From a virus, in IMG/VR virus record IMGVR_UViG_3300023184_000086, positions 1 through 64,000 of that record: a stretch of 64,000 nt of DNA. One strand, 5' to 3'. Shown here in pieces: positions 35,901 to 46,078 of the stretch. The position numbers and the translations under genes are program-made. The notes under the pieces are model-generated. The model had not been told where the DNA came from, searched no databases, and worked only from the letters and a program-made list of their open reading frames with translations. How positions within the stretch are numbered: the first letter of the stretch is position 1; each line of letters begins with the position of its first letter.

Positions 35901-37995
35901 TAGAACCATTACCACCACCCGCATTGCCATATCCTCCATACACCGTGGATGGTTGTGTTGCTGCGCCGCCGGCTGCACCTGTTCGTGCATAACTCCCACC
36001 ACCACCACCACCAGAACCACCTGCGCCGCCGGCGGCGCCTGTGCCACCACCTGGATCACCGTTGCCGCCCGCACCACCACCAAATGCTATTTTATTTGCA
36101 TAATTACCACCAAACAATGTATTGCCACCTGTGGCAGCAACTCCGCCTCCTGCGCCCACCGTTATTGTTAATAAATTAGAAATATTTGTTATAGTAAATG
36201 TACCTGTAATGAGTCCGCCAGAACCTCCGCCACCGCCGTTCACCTGACCCGCGTAGCCGCCGCCGCCTCCACCGCCAACTAATAGATAACGTATAGGAGA
36301 TGATACAATACCTGCACCTGTAACTGCACCTAATGCACCATCAACTGGTGCAAATGTTTGCAGTACCGCAGTCGTTGTAAATGTATGATAAACATAATTT
36401 GATACTGTAGAAATAGTTCCACCTGTAGCCAGTACATTGGTTCCAGAATAACGGACTATAACAACACCACTACCACCGGCACGTCCTGCGTAACTTGAAG
36501 GTCCACCATTATTACCACCACCGGCACCACCATTTCCTGTATTTGCGGTCCCATTTAAATTAGTAGTATCGGTATTTTGCCCAGTACCTCCAGCAGCATA
36601 CGAGTTACCATCTAACCATTGCAGACCAGAACCAGGTGCGCCGCCTGTGTTATTACCACCCGCACTACCTACACTACCAGCTCCACCACCACCACCGCCT
36701 ACAGCCAATGTGTAATCTGCTGGTCTATAACCGCCAGTTCCTCCAAAATTTCCTCTACTTATATCCACTGATGATACTTGGATGCTAGTTCCGGAAGTTC
36801 GATCACCGCCCCAAGAGCCGCCGCCTCCACCGCCGGAACCACCTGCTTTACCTGGTGATCCAGAACTATCATTACCAGTTCCGCTGTTTCCACCTCCACC
36901 GCCGCCATAGGCGACAATAGTTGAAGTGGTAAAATTCCACATTCCTGAATTTACAATAGATGTGTTATTTCCAGTTACACTAGTTGTTGCGCCTCCAGCA
37001 CCAATAGTAACACGAATTATATTTGTAGATGTTAATAAAACATTAGTAATAGTTCCATAGACTAATCCGCCAGCACCACCACCACCGCCAATGTGACCAG
37101 CACCAAATGAACCTATTTGACTACTTCCCCCCGCACCACCACCGCCTACTGCTATATATTCAATTTTTGGAATTACATTAGTACTAATTGCTGCAGGAGT
37201 GGTTACATTCAAGTCTTGATTGCTGAGTAAAAGACTAACATAATTAAAATATGGATCATTTAGTGGAACTAGGCTAACAACTGGGGTTGGATATCTTATA
37301 ACAATAATACCAGATCCACCAGATCCACCTGCAAACGGTCCGTTAACATTAAGATCGCTGGCACCGCCACCGCCACCGCCAAAGCCGGCAGTACCATTGC
37401 TACCCGCAGTACCTCCATTGCCGCCTGTACCGCCACCACCTAGGCCGCCGCTTCCACTTACACCATTTTTCGATCCCCCGCCACCACCACCATAATAAGT
37501 GGCAGAACCATTCAAATAATTATTAGTAATACCATCGCCGCCCGTTGGGTTACCAACAGTTCCATATGCTCCGCTAGCACCTAATCCTGTACTACCAGAT
37601 CCGCCGGTGGCGGTGGTTGCATATGAAACAGTACTTCCTACAATAGAACTTGAACCGCCGGCAGCAAGGTTACTAGCACCGCCTGCTCCAACTGTGACTA
37701 GATATTGTCCAGATAATAAGGTAGTACTAGTTGTACGAACTTGCCCTGCATCTCCACCTGCGCCATAAGATAGACCTCCATACGATGTGGTTCCACCTTG
37801 GCCGCCGCCTACTAATAATATATCAGCCTGTATCGGAGCAAATATTGTTAAAAGACTGCTGGCATATGTTGATAAAAAAGAATGTACAGTATAAGAAATA
37901 CCACCACTGGTGTAATAGGAGATAGTTCCACCTATGGCAGAATAGGTGGGATATGTATATCGTTGCCGTTTAATTACACCAAGGTCGAACGTCAT
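32920..37995 (-). CDS. Tail fibre/adhesin with Gly-rich and ConA/LamG lectin domains
   Basis: Four Y/L-L-V-GGGG...GGSG(I/V)VI(I/V)RY Gly-rich domains; three FT(I/V)E.W.Y...W.H(I/V)A...G Y...R LamG domains. Confidence 0.85.
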   Translation of the reverse strand: MTFDLGVIKRQRYTYPTYSAIGGTISYYTSGGISYTVHSFLSTYASSLLTIFAPIQADILLVGGGQGGTTSYGGLSYGAGGDAGQVRTTSTTLLSGQYLVTVGAGGASNLAAGGSSSIVGSTVSYATTATGGSGSTGLGASGAYGTVGNPTGGDGITNNYLNGSATYYGGGGGGSKNGVSGSGGLGGGGTGGNGGTAGSNGTAGFGGGGGGASDLNVNGPFAGGSGGSGIIVIRYPTPVVSLVPLNDPYFNYVSLLLSNQDLNVTTPAAISTNVIPKIEYIAVGGGGAGGSSQIGSFGAGHIGGGGGAGGLVYGTITNVLLTSTNIIRVTIGAGGATTSVTGNNTSIVNSGMWNFTTSTIVAYGGGGGGNSGTGNDSSGSPGKAGGSGGGGGGSWGGDRTSGTSIQVSSVDISRGNFGGTGGYRPADYTLAVGGGGGGAGSVGSAGGNNTGGAPGSGLQWLDGNSYAAGGTGQNTDTTNLNGTANTGNGGAGGGNNGGPSSYAGRAGGSGVVIVRYSGTNVLATGGTISTVSNYVYHTFTTTAVLQTFAPVDGALGAVTGAGIVSSPIRYLLVGGGGGGGYAGQVNGGGGGSGGLITGTFTITNISNLLTITVGAGGGVAATGGNTLFGGNYANKIAFGGGAGGNGDPGGGTGAAGGAGGSGGGGGGSYARTGAAGGAATQPSTVYGGYGNAGGGNGSNSGGGGGAGGAGGANYAAGAGLFVNTPSADYTKIYAAGGVGNYNGTAAANLGNGGGGYSSAGGSGIAILWEPVSNSIPTLLGNPVIITTSGFRVYIFNGSGGIVFNPSLSNNLVTDSSANSYIASPATQLTQGSFNPYTANWSTYFNGSSNLSIPNSASYGTTGLNLGNSNFTIEGWVYFNDISSGQLIGHGGYAWQIAFSSSGYLSFYISSNGTSYNMFNGNGFGYVTAGRWYHIALVRNGSTFTSYLNGVVGASVTSASTIYATTTALNIGISTSTYFNGYLSNIRILKGTAYYTSNFTPAIAPLSLVNNTLLLTCAGSNLIDKSSYSWKINQSGIPVVKKFSPFANVGSYNPTLVGGSAYFNGSSDWIAINSTSTINTLTPNWTYLHDGTTDYTIEGWVYPLTTSGQKTLISTSGVLSGAGISLNYYNNGSFYWEICKGDGSSYAFVSSNGSIIKPNAWSHIACTFASSNKTTNLYVNGVKVATTATTTATFTATSASYPLTIGKPAGSSSSIYFYPGYMSNLRVLKGVISDSVVTTNLSLGTTFEYLIVAGGGGNTGGGGGFRTGTVITTQSGAIYTITVGNGGASSGGNSSLVGGGINIVSAGGGGGGIAGGSGGSGAAGNTPATIPAQGYDGGGGGGGAGGVSSGLTGGPGAYSNIDGLGYYYSGGGGGAGGGGMGGDGGIGGGGYGVGFSFGSPGTGGRNAATTAGGTNTGGGGAGGSGGSGIVIIRYSGPQRAVGGDVTTNISGYTVHTFLASGTLVDNIQTYTIPTAPVVASSTTTNLLLNFTNAKIVDASLNIDMSTSGDTGLVSDVKKYNNMSMFFDGASDIISLSTNTSVSLGGGDFTVEMWMYPTTVYNTGNAPALLDARTTGNGAGLVRFGYNGTILTEGAVIGWKENTSYVVTATVTTNAWNHVAVVRRSGIMYMYVNGVVSNNTASNTTGYTSPFITVGGSYDNLCWNGYMDDLRITNGIARYTSTFTAPTYKPQLK

Positions 37996-38009
37996 TATTT
38001 TTGATCGAT

Positions 38010-38384
38010 TTATTCAGTGGTGATAGTTTGCATGTCATGAGAGACCCAAGATAAATTTGGCTCGTCCCAAGTATAATACTTACCTTCAACTACGTCTGGC
38101 ATAGCGACTGGCGCCGCCCATTGGCATGTTTCTTCATTCAATACCCAACTAACATATGGTTTAGGAGCATAAAAAGCATCTCGTTCTTTATCATATGTAT
38201 ATCCAATTCCCGCATAGTTTTTACGTAAAGGAGTTCCACCTAACTTGTGCTCACCGGCGTAGGTATTATAACTAGTTTGAACCCACATACTAGGGTCTCC
38301 CCAATATCCTGTGTTAAGCACGTCTTGTTCAATAACAATTACCTGTGTAACTATGCCGTTTTCAACTTTTGCAAAATGACTCAT
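38010..38384 (-). CDS. Small tail-fibre-associated protein
   Basis: MSHFAK...WVQTSYN...RKNYAGIGYTYD...W.AP motif commonly next to Gly-rich fibre genes. Confidence 0.75.
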   Translation of the reverse strand: MSHFAKVENGIVTQVIVIEQDVLNTGYWGDPSMWVQTSYNTYAGEHKLGGTPLRKNYAGIGYTYDKERDAFYAPKPYVSWVLNEETCQWAAPVAMPDVVEGKYYTWDEPNLSWVSHDMQTITTE

Positions 38385-38476
38385 ATTAAAATTCCTTATT
38401 ATAAAATAATGTTATAGTTATTTATAACATTGTAATTTATCCATTTGTTAATATTTAAATTCACATTTTTGAATAA

Positions 38477-41400
38477 TTAATACCACATTTGACCACCTGA
38501 TGTTACTGCTGTAACAAATTGCGAATCACTTCCAGTTACACCAACAACGAAATTTTGAACACGTACAGTAATTAATCTAGGATCATTGGCAGGTGTAATT
38601 TCCTGTATAAATTGATAATTTCCAGGTTGATCCCAACTAGCAATCAATTGCGGATCACTATTTTTCAACATCATTTCGTGATCCGTAATATAAGTTGTAA
38701 TTTGAATGTTACTAGCAAGTACAGATAACGATTGTGATTCTTTAGTTGCTGTTAACTCCTGTACATTATATACCACAGGTACCTTAGTTGTAATACTTTG
38801 ATAGTTTAATCCTTGATATGGAGTTACAATATTATCAATTTGATTCACTAATACTCGATTTGAAGTAGTTGAAGCCACTAACAATATACTACTAGCAGTA
38901 TTAACAGTATTTGATACTAATGGCATAATATTTGGATATGAATAAGTAGATGCTGTAGTATTATATACTATCAATAAAGCACCCGATGCCCCATTTCCTG
39001 TGGTGGTATCAACTGATGATACCGCTGCACCAGCGCCACCACCACCATATAATCCACCGTTGCCACCAACTCCGGGTTTACCACCACCGTTAGAGATGAA
39101 TGTTGATCCAGCAGTTCCCGGTGAATTAACAGCACCAGCACTACCACTATTGCTTAAACCGTAGATATCTACACCACCACCACCGCTAGTAGATGTGGTA
39201 ACTGATGTTCCACCACCACCACCACTACCACTCGACCCTGGATATCCACTACCCAATGACGATCCAGGTGATCCAAGGCCACCTGAACTACCAACCCAAT
39301 TCCCGCCACCGCCACCGCCACCACCGTATGGACCGCCCGGTCCTCCATTCTGTTGAGGATTTACGGGCGAGGGGTTTAATGTAAGAACATCACTTGAGAA
39401 AAATGCATGTGCTGTATAAACAGTAGTTCCAGAAGTATATGAATATACAGTTCCTCCAGTGGCTTTTTGTAGTCCTGCATAACGTATAATAACAGCACCA
39501 CTACCACCACTACCACCGGGGTTAGTTAAGTTATAGTGTGAACTACCACCGCCACCACCACCAGTATTAGCACCAGCACTACCACCTGCTACGTTTGTTT
39601 GAGCAACCAAAGTACCTGCTATTGCATTGGATCCAGCATTTATACCCTGTGTATTACCATAACCACCTCCAGTACCGGAGACGCTGCCTCCATTAAGTGG
39701 AGCACCACCACCACCTCCGCCTGCACCGCCATTACCGGCAATATTGCTGTAGCCAGCACCACCACCACCACCTGCCCAGTAATATGTAGTTCCTAATAAA
39801 GAACTTGAAAAACCATCACCACCTTTGGCACCTGTACCTACTCCACTTGTACCGACTAAAACGGCGCCGCCACCTCCACCTGGATAATAACTACCACCTG
39901 AAGCACCACCTTGATTACCTTGACCTGTTATACCTAGTCCAAAAGTTACACTGGAAGATCCAGCAACCCCGCCACCTGATCCACCAAAAGCGGCTGGACT
40001 ATTATTATTAACATATTCTGAAGCCCCACCACCACCACCGACTACAGTATTATATGCATTAAATGGATTCCATAATAATGAGGTAGGACTTCCTGCTAAC
40101 AAACCATTTGCTACTAATGCAAAACTACTGGTACTATAATCTTTAGTATATGTACTACTTGAACATGCTAATAAAATTGTATTGGTAACAGTGGTTAATG
40201 GTATAGATGATGGAGTAAAAGTTCCTGTATATAATGCAGTGCCATTAGTAACTCTAACATTTGAAATATAACCCTGTGTGCTACCTGAGGCTTGGACTCC
40301 TAACGCTCCTATATAGAAAATAGCATTGTATCCAAGAGTAGTTACATTTGATGCTGTTGTAGCAGAGGCAATACCGTTTAAATAAACTGAAATAATACCA
40401 CTTCTACGAACTAATGCCACATGATTCCAAGTTTGAATTGCAGGGACTCTATCAGTTACAACAAGATTAGCAGTAGCATTATTTAAATAAATGTTAAAAC
40501 CTGTTCCTGGGTTAACATTTATTGCAAAATACGGACTTACGCCTTGAAGTATCATAGAAGCATCACCGGTTGCAAATCTATATAGCCAACCTTCAACAGT
40601 AAAATCTCCAGCCAATAAAAATGCCGCAGAAGCCGGCGTGCTTATTGATTGTGACCCTTGAAACATAACACTATATGAAACAGTATTAGCAGTACTAATA
40701 AGCATACTATCAGTACCATTAGTACCACGTATCTGACTAACACCTGCTGGTGCTCCACTACCTCCACTACCTACTGTTATAGCATATGTACCGGGGCTTA
40801 GATATTGATTACTAGTAGTTAGACCACCCGCGCCACCGCCGCCACCCATATCGGATCCACCACCGCCGCCACCGGCTACCAGCAAAACATCTACTAATGC
40901 TCCATAATTTGCTAAAGGTGCTGAAGACGATACCGGTGTACCAAAATTTATGTAGCCTGATGCTGTAAAAATATATGTTGTATAAGTACCGGATGATACA
41001 GAAAAATTAGCATTAGTAATAACAGACGCAGAAGTTGTTATAGTTCTTAGTAAGACTACTCCAGTGCCACCATTACCTCCAAGTAGACCAGCAGCATTAC
41101 CGCCACCACCGCCGCCGCCACCGGTATAGTTAATTCCACTAGTTCCACTACCCCCGGCGGCACCGGCACCGCCAGCACCTCCACCACCAACACCACCGAT
41201 AGCAGGAGTAGCACCTTGACTAGTACCACCGCCACCACCACCGCCAGCAAAGTATACAGCATTAGTAGCAGTTACATATTGTCCTATACCCAATGATATC
41301 GCAGTAGTTGTACTAATTAAAGTTGTAAAAGTTCCAGTACCACCTTTACCAGATACTGAGCCGGTTCCCGCTATACCAGCAGCACCGGCACCACCACCAC

Positions 41401-41803
41401 CCCCCGCAGGGTACGGACTTGTAACATTATTATTACCACCTGCATAACCTTCAACTGGGCTATATGATCCGATATTTCCAGAACCACCTGCAAAACTACT
41501 ACTTGATCCAGGACCACCTGCACCTGATCCACCAGACCCACCTGCTGCATTAAGAGATCCAGCACCACCACCCGAAGCAGATATTGTAGCAAATGTACTG
41601 GTAGAACCTGCAAAAGAAGAAACAGCAGTTGTGCCTGTACCGCCTTTTCCCACAGTAACATTATATGTTAAACCTTGTACTACGGTGGATAATGTACCTG
41701 AACGAACACCACCAGCACCACCGGGAGAACCGCCGTTGGCGCCGCCGGTGCCGCCACCGCCACCACCAACTATAAAATAATCAACATTTACATAATTAGG
41801 CAT
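38477..41803 (-). CDS. Gly-rich tail fibre protein with LamG domain
   Basis: Gly-rich domains plus DFTVEGW...WNHVALVR...GYISNVR. Confidence 0.82.
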   Translation of the reverse strand: MPNYVNVDYFIVGGGGGGTGGANGGSPGGAGGVRSGTLSTVVQGLTYNVTVGKGGTGTTAVSSFAGSTSTFATISASGGGAGSLNAAGGSGGSGAGGPGSSSSFAGGSGNIGSYSPVEGYAGGNNNVTSPYPAGGGGGAGAAGIAGTGSVSGKGGTGTFTTLISTTTAISLGIGQYVTATNAVYFAGGGGGGGTSQGATPAIGGVGGGGAGGAGAAGGSGTSGINYTGGGGGGGGNAAGLLGGNGGTGVVLLRTITTSASVITNANFSVSSGTYTTYIFTASGYINFGTPVSSSAPLANYGALVDVLLVAGGGGGGSDMGGGGGAGGLTTSNQYLSPGTYAITVGSGGSGAPAGVSQIRGTNGTDSMLISTANTVSYSVMFQGSQSISTPASAAFLLAGDFTVEGWLYRFATGDASMILQGVSPYFAINVNPGTGFNIYLNNATANLVVTDRVPAIQTWNHVALVRRSGIISVYLNGIASATTASNVTTLGYNAIFYIGALGVQASGSTQGYISNVRVTNGTALYTGTFTPSSIPLTTVTNTILLACSSSTYTKDYSTSSFALVANGLLAGSPTSLLWNPFNAYNTVVGGGGGASEYVNNNSPAAFGGSGGGVAGSSSVTFGLGITGQGNQGGASGGSYYPGGGGGAVLVGTSGVGTGAKGGDGFSSSLLGTTYYWAGGGGGAGYSNIAGNGGAGGGGGGAPLNGGSVSGTGGGYGNTQGINAGSNAIAGTLVAQTNVAGGSAGANTGGGGGGSSHYNLTNPGGSGGSGAVIIRYAGLQKATGGTVYSYTSGTTVYTAHAFFSSDVLTLNPSPVNPQQNGGPGGPYGGGGGGGGNWVGSSGGLGSPGSSLGSGYPGSSGSGGGGGTSVTTSTSGGGGVDIYGLSNSGSAGAVNSPGTAGSTFISNGGGKPGVGGNGGLYGGGGAGAAVSSVDTTTGNGASGALLIVYNTTASTYSYPNIMPLVSNTVNTASSILLVASTTSNRVLVNQIDNIVTPYQGLNYQSITTKVPVVYNVQELTATKESQSLSVLASNIQITTYITDHEMMLKNSDPQLIASWDQPGNYQFIQEITPANDPRLITVRVQNFVVGVTGSDSQFVTAVTSGGQMWY

Positions 41804-42231
41804 AATTTTTAATTAAATATAATTGATCCGGTACTAGTGAAAACATATGTTCTAAACCCACCTGACACTATATATGTCGGATTCCCTAAGGGTGTTGTTG
41901 CAGCAGCCGCTGTATCAGCGTAACTAATAATAACGATTCCACCAGCACCAGCACCCCCGCCGCCACCACCACCAGCAGTGTATCCCCCGCCGCCACCTCC
42001 GCCACCTGTATAACCCTGAGCAGCAGTACCACGCACACCCTGTCCACCTGTTGCGTTACCTCCACCCCCTGGACCACCAACACCTGGTATTGTTCCATTA
42101 CTATATTGGTATGATGCACCTCCCCCGCCGCCAGCAAAATATATAGCGTTAGTAGCAGTTACATATTGTCCTATACCCAATGATATCGCAGTAGTTGTAC
42201 TAATTAAAGTTGTAAAAGTTCCAGTACCACC
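41262..42231. repeat. 83-bp perfect direct repeat shared by two adjacent fibre genes (41262-41344 and 42149-42231)
   Basis: ttagtagcagttacatattg...gttccagtaccacc identical in both copies. Confidence 0.9.
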
Positions 42232-43626
42232 ATTACCACCTCTAGTACTGGCTACAGCAGGTTGTCCGACACTAAAAGCCCCACCACCACCACCTGCAAC
42301 ATAACCATTTACGCCTAATCCAGCACCACCATTATTACCTTGACCAGCAGTACCACCAGCACCAGCATATGTGGTGTTAGTTTCACTTGAGCCGCCGCCG
42401 CCGCCCGAACCGCCTGATGTATTGGATCCGCCGGCATTTAGGTATGAACCACCACCACCCCCACCTAGTGCAGTTAAACCAAGCGCAGAAGAACTTTGTC
42501 CAGTTAATCCAATAGTAGAATCTGCTGCTGCTGATTGTGCTGCGCCTCCACCGACAGTAATAGTATATGTAGCTCCAGGAGTAATATTAGCAGTACCACT
42601 TAAAAGTCCGCCAGCACCGCCACCACCACCGAATGATGCGCCACCACTTCCACCTCCACCAACTATCAAGTAACTTGCTAGTCTTACCTTAAGAATTTTA
42701 AGAGTAAACGGTTTTGTTATAGTTTGAGTTCCATTTGTTGCAGAAATGTTAAAAGGCGTATATTCAGTATCTGCTAATAAATTTTGAAATGTCCATGATA
42801 TAGCACCTGTACTGGTATTAAAACTAGCACCGCTAGGTAATGAGCCGGAACTAATTGAATATGTAATGTTACCTCCAGCAGGATCATATGCTGATTGAGT
42901 AGTAACTATTCCGCTAGCATCTGTATATGATGCTGTACCAATACTATTTGATAGCCAATATATAGAATCCCCACCAGCACCACCTTGTGCAATAACTATG
43001 GGCACATTACTGCCCGGTAATAGCATATATGTACTGCTACCGTTAAGTCCAAAAGTTGACCCAGTTACACCGCCGCCACCTACCACAATGGTACAAGTTG
43101 TACCTGGTGTTACTGATATTGAATTTGAATAACTTATTAAGCCTCCGCCACCACCACTTCCACCTGTTGTTTTTTGTGAGCCGCCGCCGCCCCCACCAAC
43201 TCCTGCTACACTTATACTAGTAACACCCTCTGGAACTGTCCAACTATATGTTCCAGGTGTATTGAATAATTGACTACTAAAATTAGTAGCAGTTGCGGTC
43301 AATGATCCAAAATCTGTTCCAACTTGTTTATTAAAACTTGAATAACCACTAGCGGGTGGTGTACTGTAAAATGATAAAGGGGTATCTACAGGGTTAAACA
43401 GTTGTGTTCCGCCCATGTTATCAGCAATGGATCTAGTTACATTTAATTCTGCTGATATTTGAGTGCCGACTTGTTTTATTCCAACTGATTTATTATAAAC
43501 AGTAATTTGTGTATTACCAGGGGCAATATCTCCCACCAATCTATCAGAGGGATTAATACCAACTCTTGCAAAGATAGTTACTTGATTTTGTGTTACAAGA
43601 TCAATGGCACCTAAGTATGTTCCCAT
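41809..43626 (-). CDS. Gly-rich tail protein with Ig-like domain
   Basis: TPGTYSWTVP.GVTSIS, YSISSGSLPSGASFNTSTGAI (Ig-like), C-terminal Gly-rich domain. Confidence 0.82.
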   Translation of the reverse strand: MGTYLGAIDLVTQNQVTIFARVGINPSDRLVGDIAPGNTQITVYNKSVGIKQVGTQISAELNVTRSIADNMGGTQLFNPVDTPLSFYSTPPASGYSSFNKQVGTDFGSLTATATNFSSQLFNTPGTYSWTVPEGVTSISVAGVGGGGGGSQKTTGGSGGGGGLISYSNSISVTPGTTCTIVVGGGGVTGSTFGLNGSSTYMLLPGSNVPIVIAQGGAGGDSIYWLSNSIGTASYTDASGIVTTQSAYDPAGGNITYSISSGSLPSGASFNTSTGAISWTFQNLLADTEYTPFNISATNGTQTITKPFTLKILKVRLASYLIVGGGGSGGASFGGGGGAGGLLSGTANITPGATYTITVGGGAAQSAAADSTIGLTGQSSSALGLTALGGGGGGSYLNAGGSNTSGGSGGGGGSSETNTTYAGAGGTAGQGNNGGAGLGVNGYVAGGGGGAFSVGQPAVASTRGGNGGTGTFTTLISTTTAISLGIGQYVTATNAIYFAGGGGGASYQYSNGTIPGVGGPGGGGNATGGQGVRGTAAQGYTGGGGGGGGYTAGGGGGGGAGAGGIVIISYADTAAAATTPLGNPTYIVSGGFRTYVFTSTGSIIFN

Positions 43627-45791
43627 TATGAAACTACAGCACTGGCAATGATATTGCTCACGCCGCCTCCGGTAATAGTAATAGGAACTACGGTATCGCC
43701 TGAAGCGGAAGTTGTTATAGTTTTAGTCAGGTTACTACCAGCAAATGTCATTGCGCCGCCATCAATAACCAATTTAACTGAAGTTGCAATCCTTGCCCCA
43801 CTATAACTAAATGCATTCACAGTCAAGTTTGAACTGACAGTTGTACCTGCAAAATTATAACTAGTTGCATCAGGAGTAACTACAATTGATATAGGTACGT
43901 TTAATGTTAATAAATGTACTCTACCCCAACCTAATCCAGTATCCTGTGCCCATATACGACCTAAATTATCTCGACCTACAGCATTAAATTGATATGGGAA
44001 GTTTCCGGTCTGTGTCCAACCGCTGCTAGAACTAAAAGTATATACATAGAAGTTAGCATGACAGAATATACCTAAAATAGTTCTATCATCGCTAAGCCAT
44101 ACTATATTTTTAGCAGTCGCCGGTACTTCAATTTTACCAGTGTATGTTAATGTCTTATATGTTGATGTATCAACACTATATGTAGGGAATGTACGCATTA
44201 ACGGATAATTATCAAACACGCCACCAGCACCATGCAATTGCATGAATATTAGATATCTAATACCACCAGACACAAATGTTTCATTATACCAAACACGTTG
44301 CATTCCGTATTGACTATCAAGTGAAGTACCACTGAAGGTATCATTAGTCCAATAAGAACTTTGACTATTTCCTGTAGGATATACTACTGTTATGTCAGTT
44401 AAACGAGTAAAGATATCATTACTCTGATTCCATCGATAATACAATGGATTATAAAATCCTTTATTATCTACAAATGGAATATAAAATCCCAGTGTAGTAG
44501 CGGTACTAGTATCTGTAAATGTTTTACTAGCAAACTTTGGAATATATCCACCAAAACTCGATGTTCTATCTCCTCCTGCATTAGTTCCTTGCCCTAAAGA
44601 AACAATTGTAGTACCTGTATAAGCAGGATATGATATAGAACCGATAGTAGTACCAGTAGAGAAATTAGCCGATATTTGAGTAATAGTCATCCCTACTGCT
44701 AATGTACCAGTAGTTGCACCAACCACGTTTAATACACTGCCCGATACTGTAGCGGTTCCAGAAAAAGTAGAAGTATAATTGGTAGCGGTAAACACAAACC
44801 ACCATGTAGATGTACTGAAGTTTAACGCAGCAGTACTAGTAGAAGTACTAAGATTATAAGTACCAACTCCACCAACGCCTGCTGCTGTTGGTTGAGAAGT
44901 AAAACTATTTAATGTTGAGTATGTATTATTTGTATCAAAATATTTGTAAAAATAAGAAACACCGTCATATTGTACAGACTGGTGTAATTGAATTGTAAAA
45001 TTATCTAATTTACTAACACCCACTAATTGATTAGAATAATTTCTACTAACACCCACTGCTTGTCTATTTGCTGATGCGGTAAATATAGGAGCAAATGCAG
45101 CACCAACAATGGCAGTAGGAGTCCAACCATAACTAGAGGTATATTGGTCATTGTTACCCCAGTAGTCATGTGCAATCCATACTAGGTTATTAGTTGCTGG
45201 ATTTCTATATACAGGAAATCCGCCACACCCAGTACCACCTGCAACGTTTGATCCAAAATTACCACCTGACGAGTAAATGCCAGTTAGATATCCAGATGAA
45301 TATAAATCCTTGCTGCTGGTATTTAATTTTGTCCAAGTTACCGGGAAACAGGCGTTATATATAGTTTGAGTAGCACCTGTAGGGTTTGCATAGTTATAAT
45401 TTGATATTACAAGATTGTTAGTGCCATCTGTAAAATATTTTACAGGAAATGGTTTATTAACGCCATCCATGACAACAAATGGTGCGAAATCTAAATTATT
45501 GGCCTGAGTGTTAACTGTATTAAATGTACTATGTCTTACATGAGTAGTTTCGCCATTTAACTGCAAAATACCACCAATTCTGTATTGGTCAGGTAAACCA
45601 GAATATCCAAAAGTATTACCAGTACCTATAGTACCAGCGGTAGAATAAATCATTCCGATATCATGCAATGGTGCTAAAGTAGTCTTAGTATATGCATCAT
45701 ACTGAAAATAAAGATAATCAGATCCTGGAACAGGATCTTCAAATACAGAATTTACATTTATTGGATTTCTAATTGTTTTAATTACAGCCAT
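43626..45791 (-). CDS. Beta-rich virion protein, paralogue 1
   Basis: Shares FEDP.PGSD, YRNP.TNN, YLxFMQLHGAG, AVGRD.LGR with two upstream genes. Confidence 0.8.
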   Translation of the reverse strand: MAVIKTIRNPINVNSVFEDPVPGSDYLYFQYDAYTKTTLAPLHDIGMIYSTAGTIGTGNTFGYSGLPDQYRIGGILQLNGETTHVRHSTFNTVNTQANNLDFAPFVVMDGVNKPFPVKYFTDGTNNLVISNYNYANPTGATQTIYNACFPVTWTKLNTSSKDLYSSGYLTGIYSSGGNFGSNVAGGTGCGGFPVYRNPATNNLVWIAHDYWGNNDQYTSSYGWTPTAIVGAAFAPIFTASANRQAVGVSRNYSNQLVGVSKLDNFTIQLHQSVQYDGVSYFYKYFDTNNTYSTLNSFTSQPTAAGVGGVGTYNLSTSTSTAALNFSTSTWWFVFTATNYTSTFSGTATVSGSVLNVVGATTGTLAVGMTITQISANFSTGTTIGSISYPAYTGTTIVSLGQGTNAGGDRTSSFGGYIPKFASKTFTDTSTATTLGFYIPFVDNKGFYNPLYYRWNQSNDIFTRLTDITVVYPTGNSQSSYWTNDTFSGTSLDSQYGMQRVWYNETFVSGGIRYLIFMQLHGAGGVFDNYPLMRTFPTYSVDTSTYKTLTYTGKIEVPATAKNIVWLSDDRTILGIFCHANFYVYTFSSSSGWTQTGNFPYQFNAVGRDNLGRIWAQDTGLGWGRVHLLTLNVPISIVVTPDATSYNFAGTTVSSNLTVNAFSYSGARIATSVKLVIDGGAMTFAGSNLTKTITTSASGDTVVPITITGGGVSNIIASAVVS

Positions 45792-45808
45792 TTTAAGTAT
45801 CTCTTAGT

Positions 45809-46063
45809 TTATGATAAGAATGAGTCTTTAACTGATTCTAACCAAGCGGCAGCATCTTCTTCAGTAGTGAAATTTTCTCTGCTACCGTCGGGGTGGCATT
45901 TCCAAGGTTGTTGCATTATTAATACTTCAATCTCTTGCTCGGCTTCATCAGTTCTAACCTCACTGATGTTTAATACTGTTCCATTAAGTCTGGACACATA
46001 TTTTTTTATATGTACTTGATTTAAAGCATCAACATGTATAACTTTTTCAGTTGTAAACGCCAT
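45809..46063 (-). CDS. Small acidic hypothetical protein
   Basis: QPW...PDG.R..F...E.A..W; lies between paralogues. Confidence 0.7.
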   Translation of the reverse strand: MAFTTEKVIHVDALNQVHIKKYVSRLNGTVLNISEVRTDEAEQEIEVLIMQQPWKCHPDGSRENFTTEEDAAAWLESVKDSFLS

Positions 46064-46078
46064 TTTTATTATATCCTT

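Noticed and set aside
41241-42231. Diversity-generating retroelement TR/VR pair
   Set aside because: Both copies are coding, core is identical, flanking mismatches are not adenine-specific, and no reverse transcriptase is in the window
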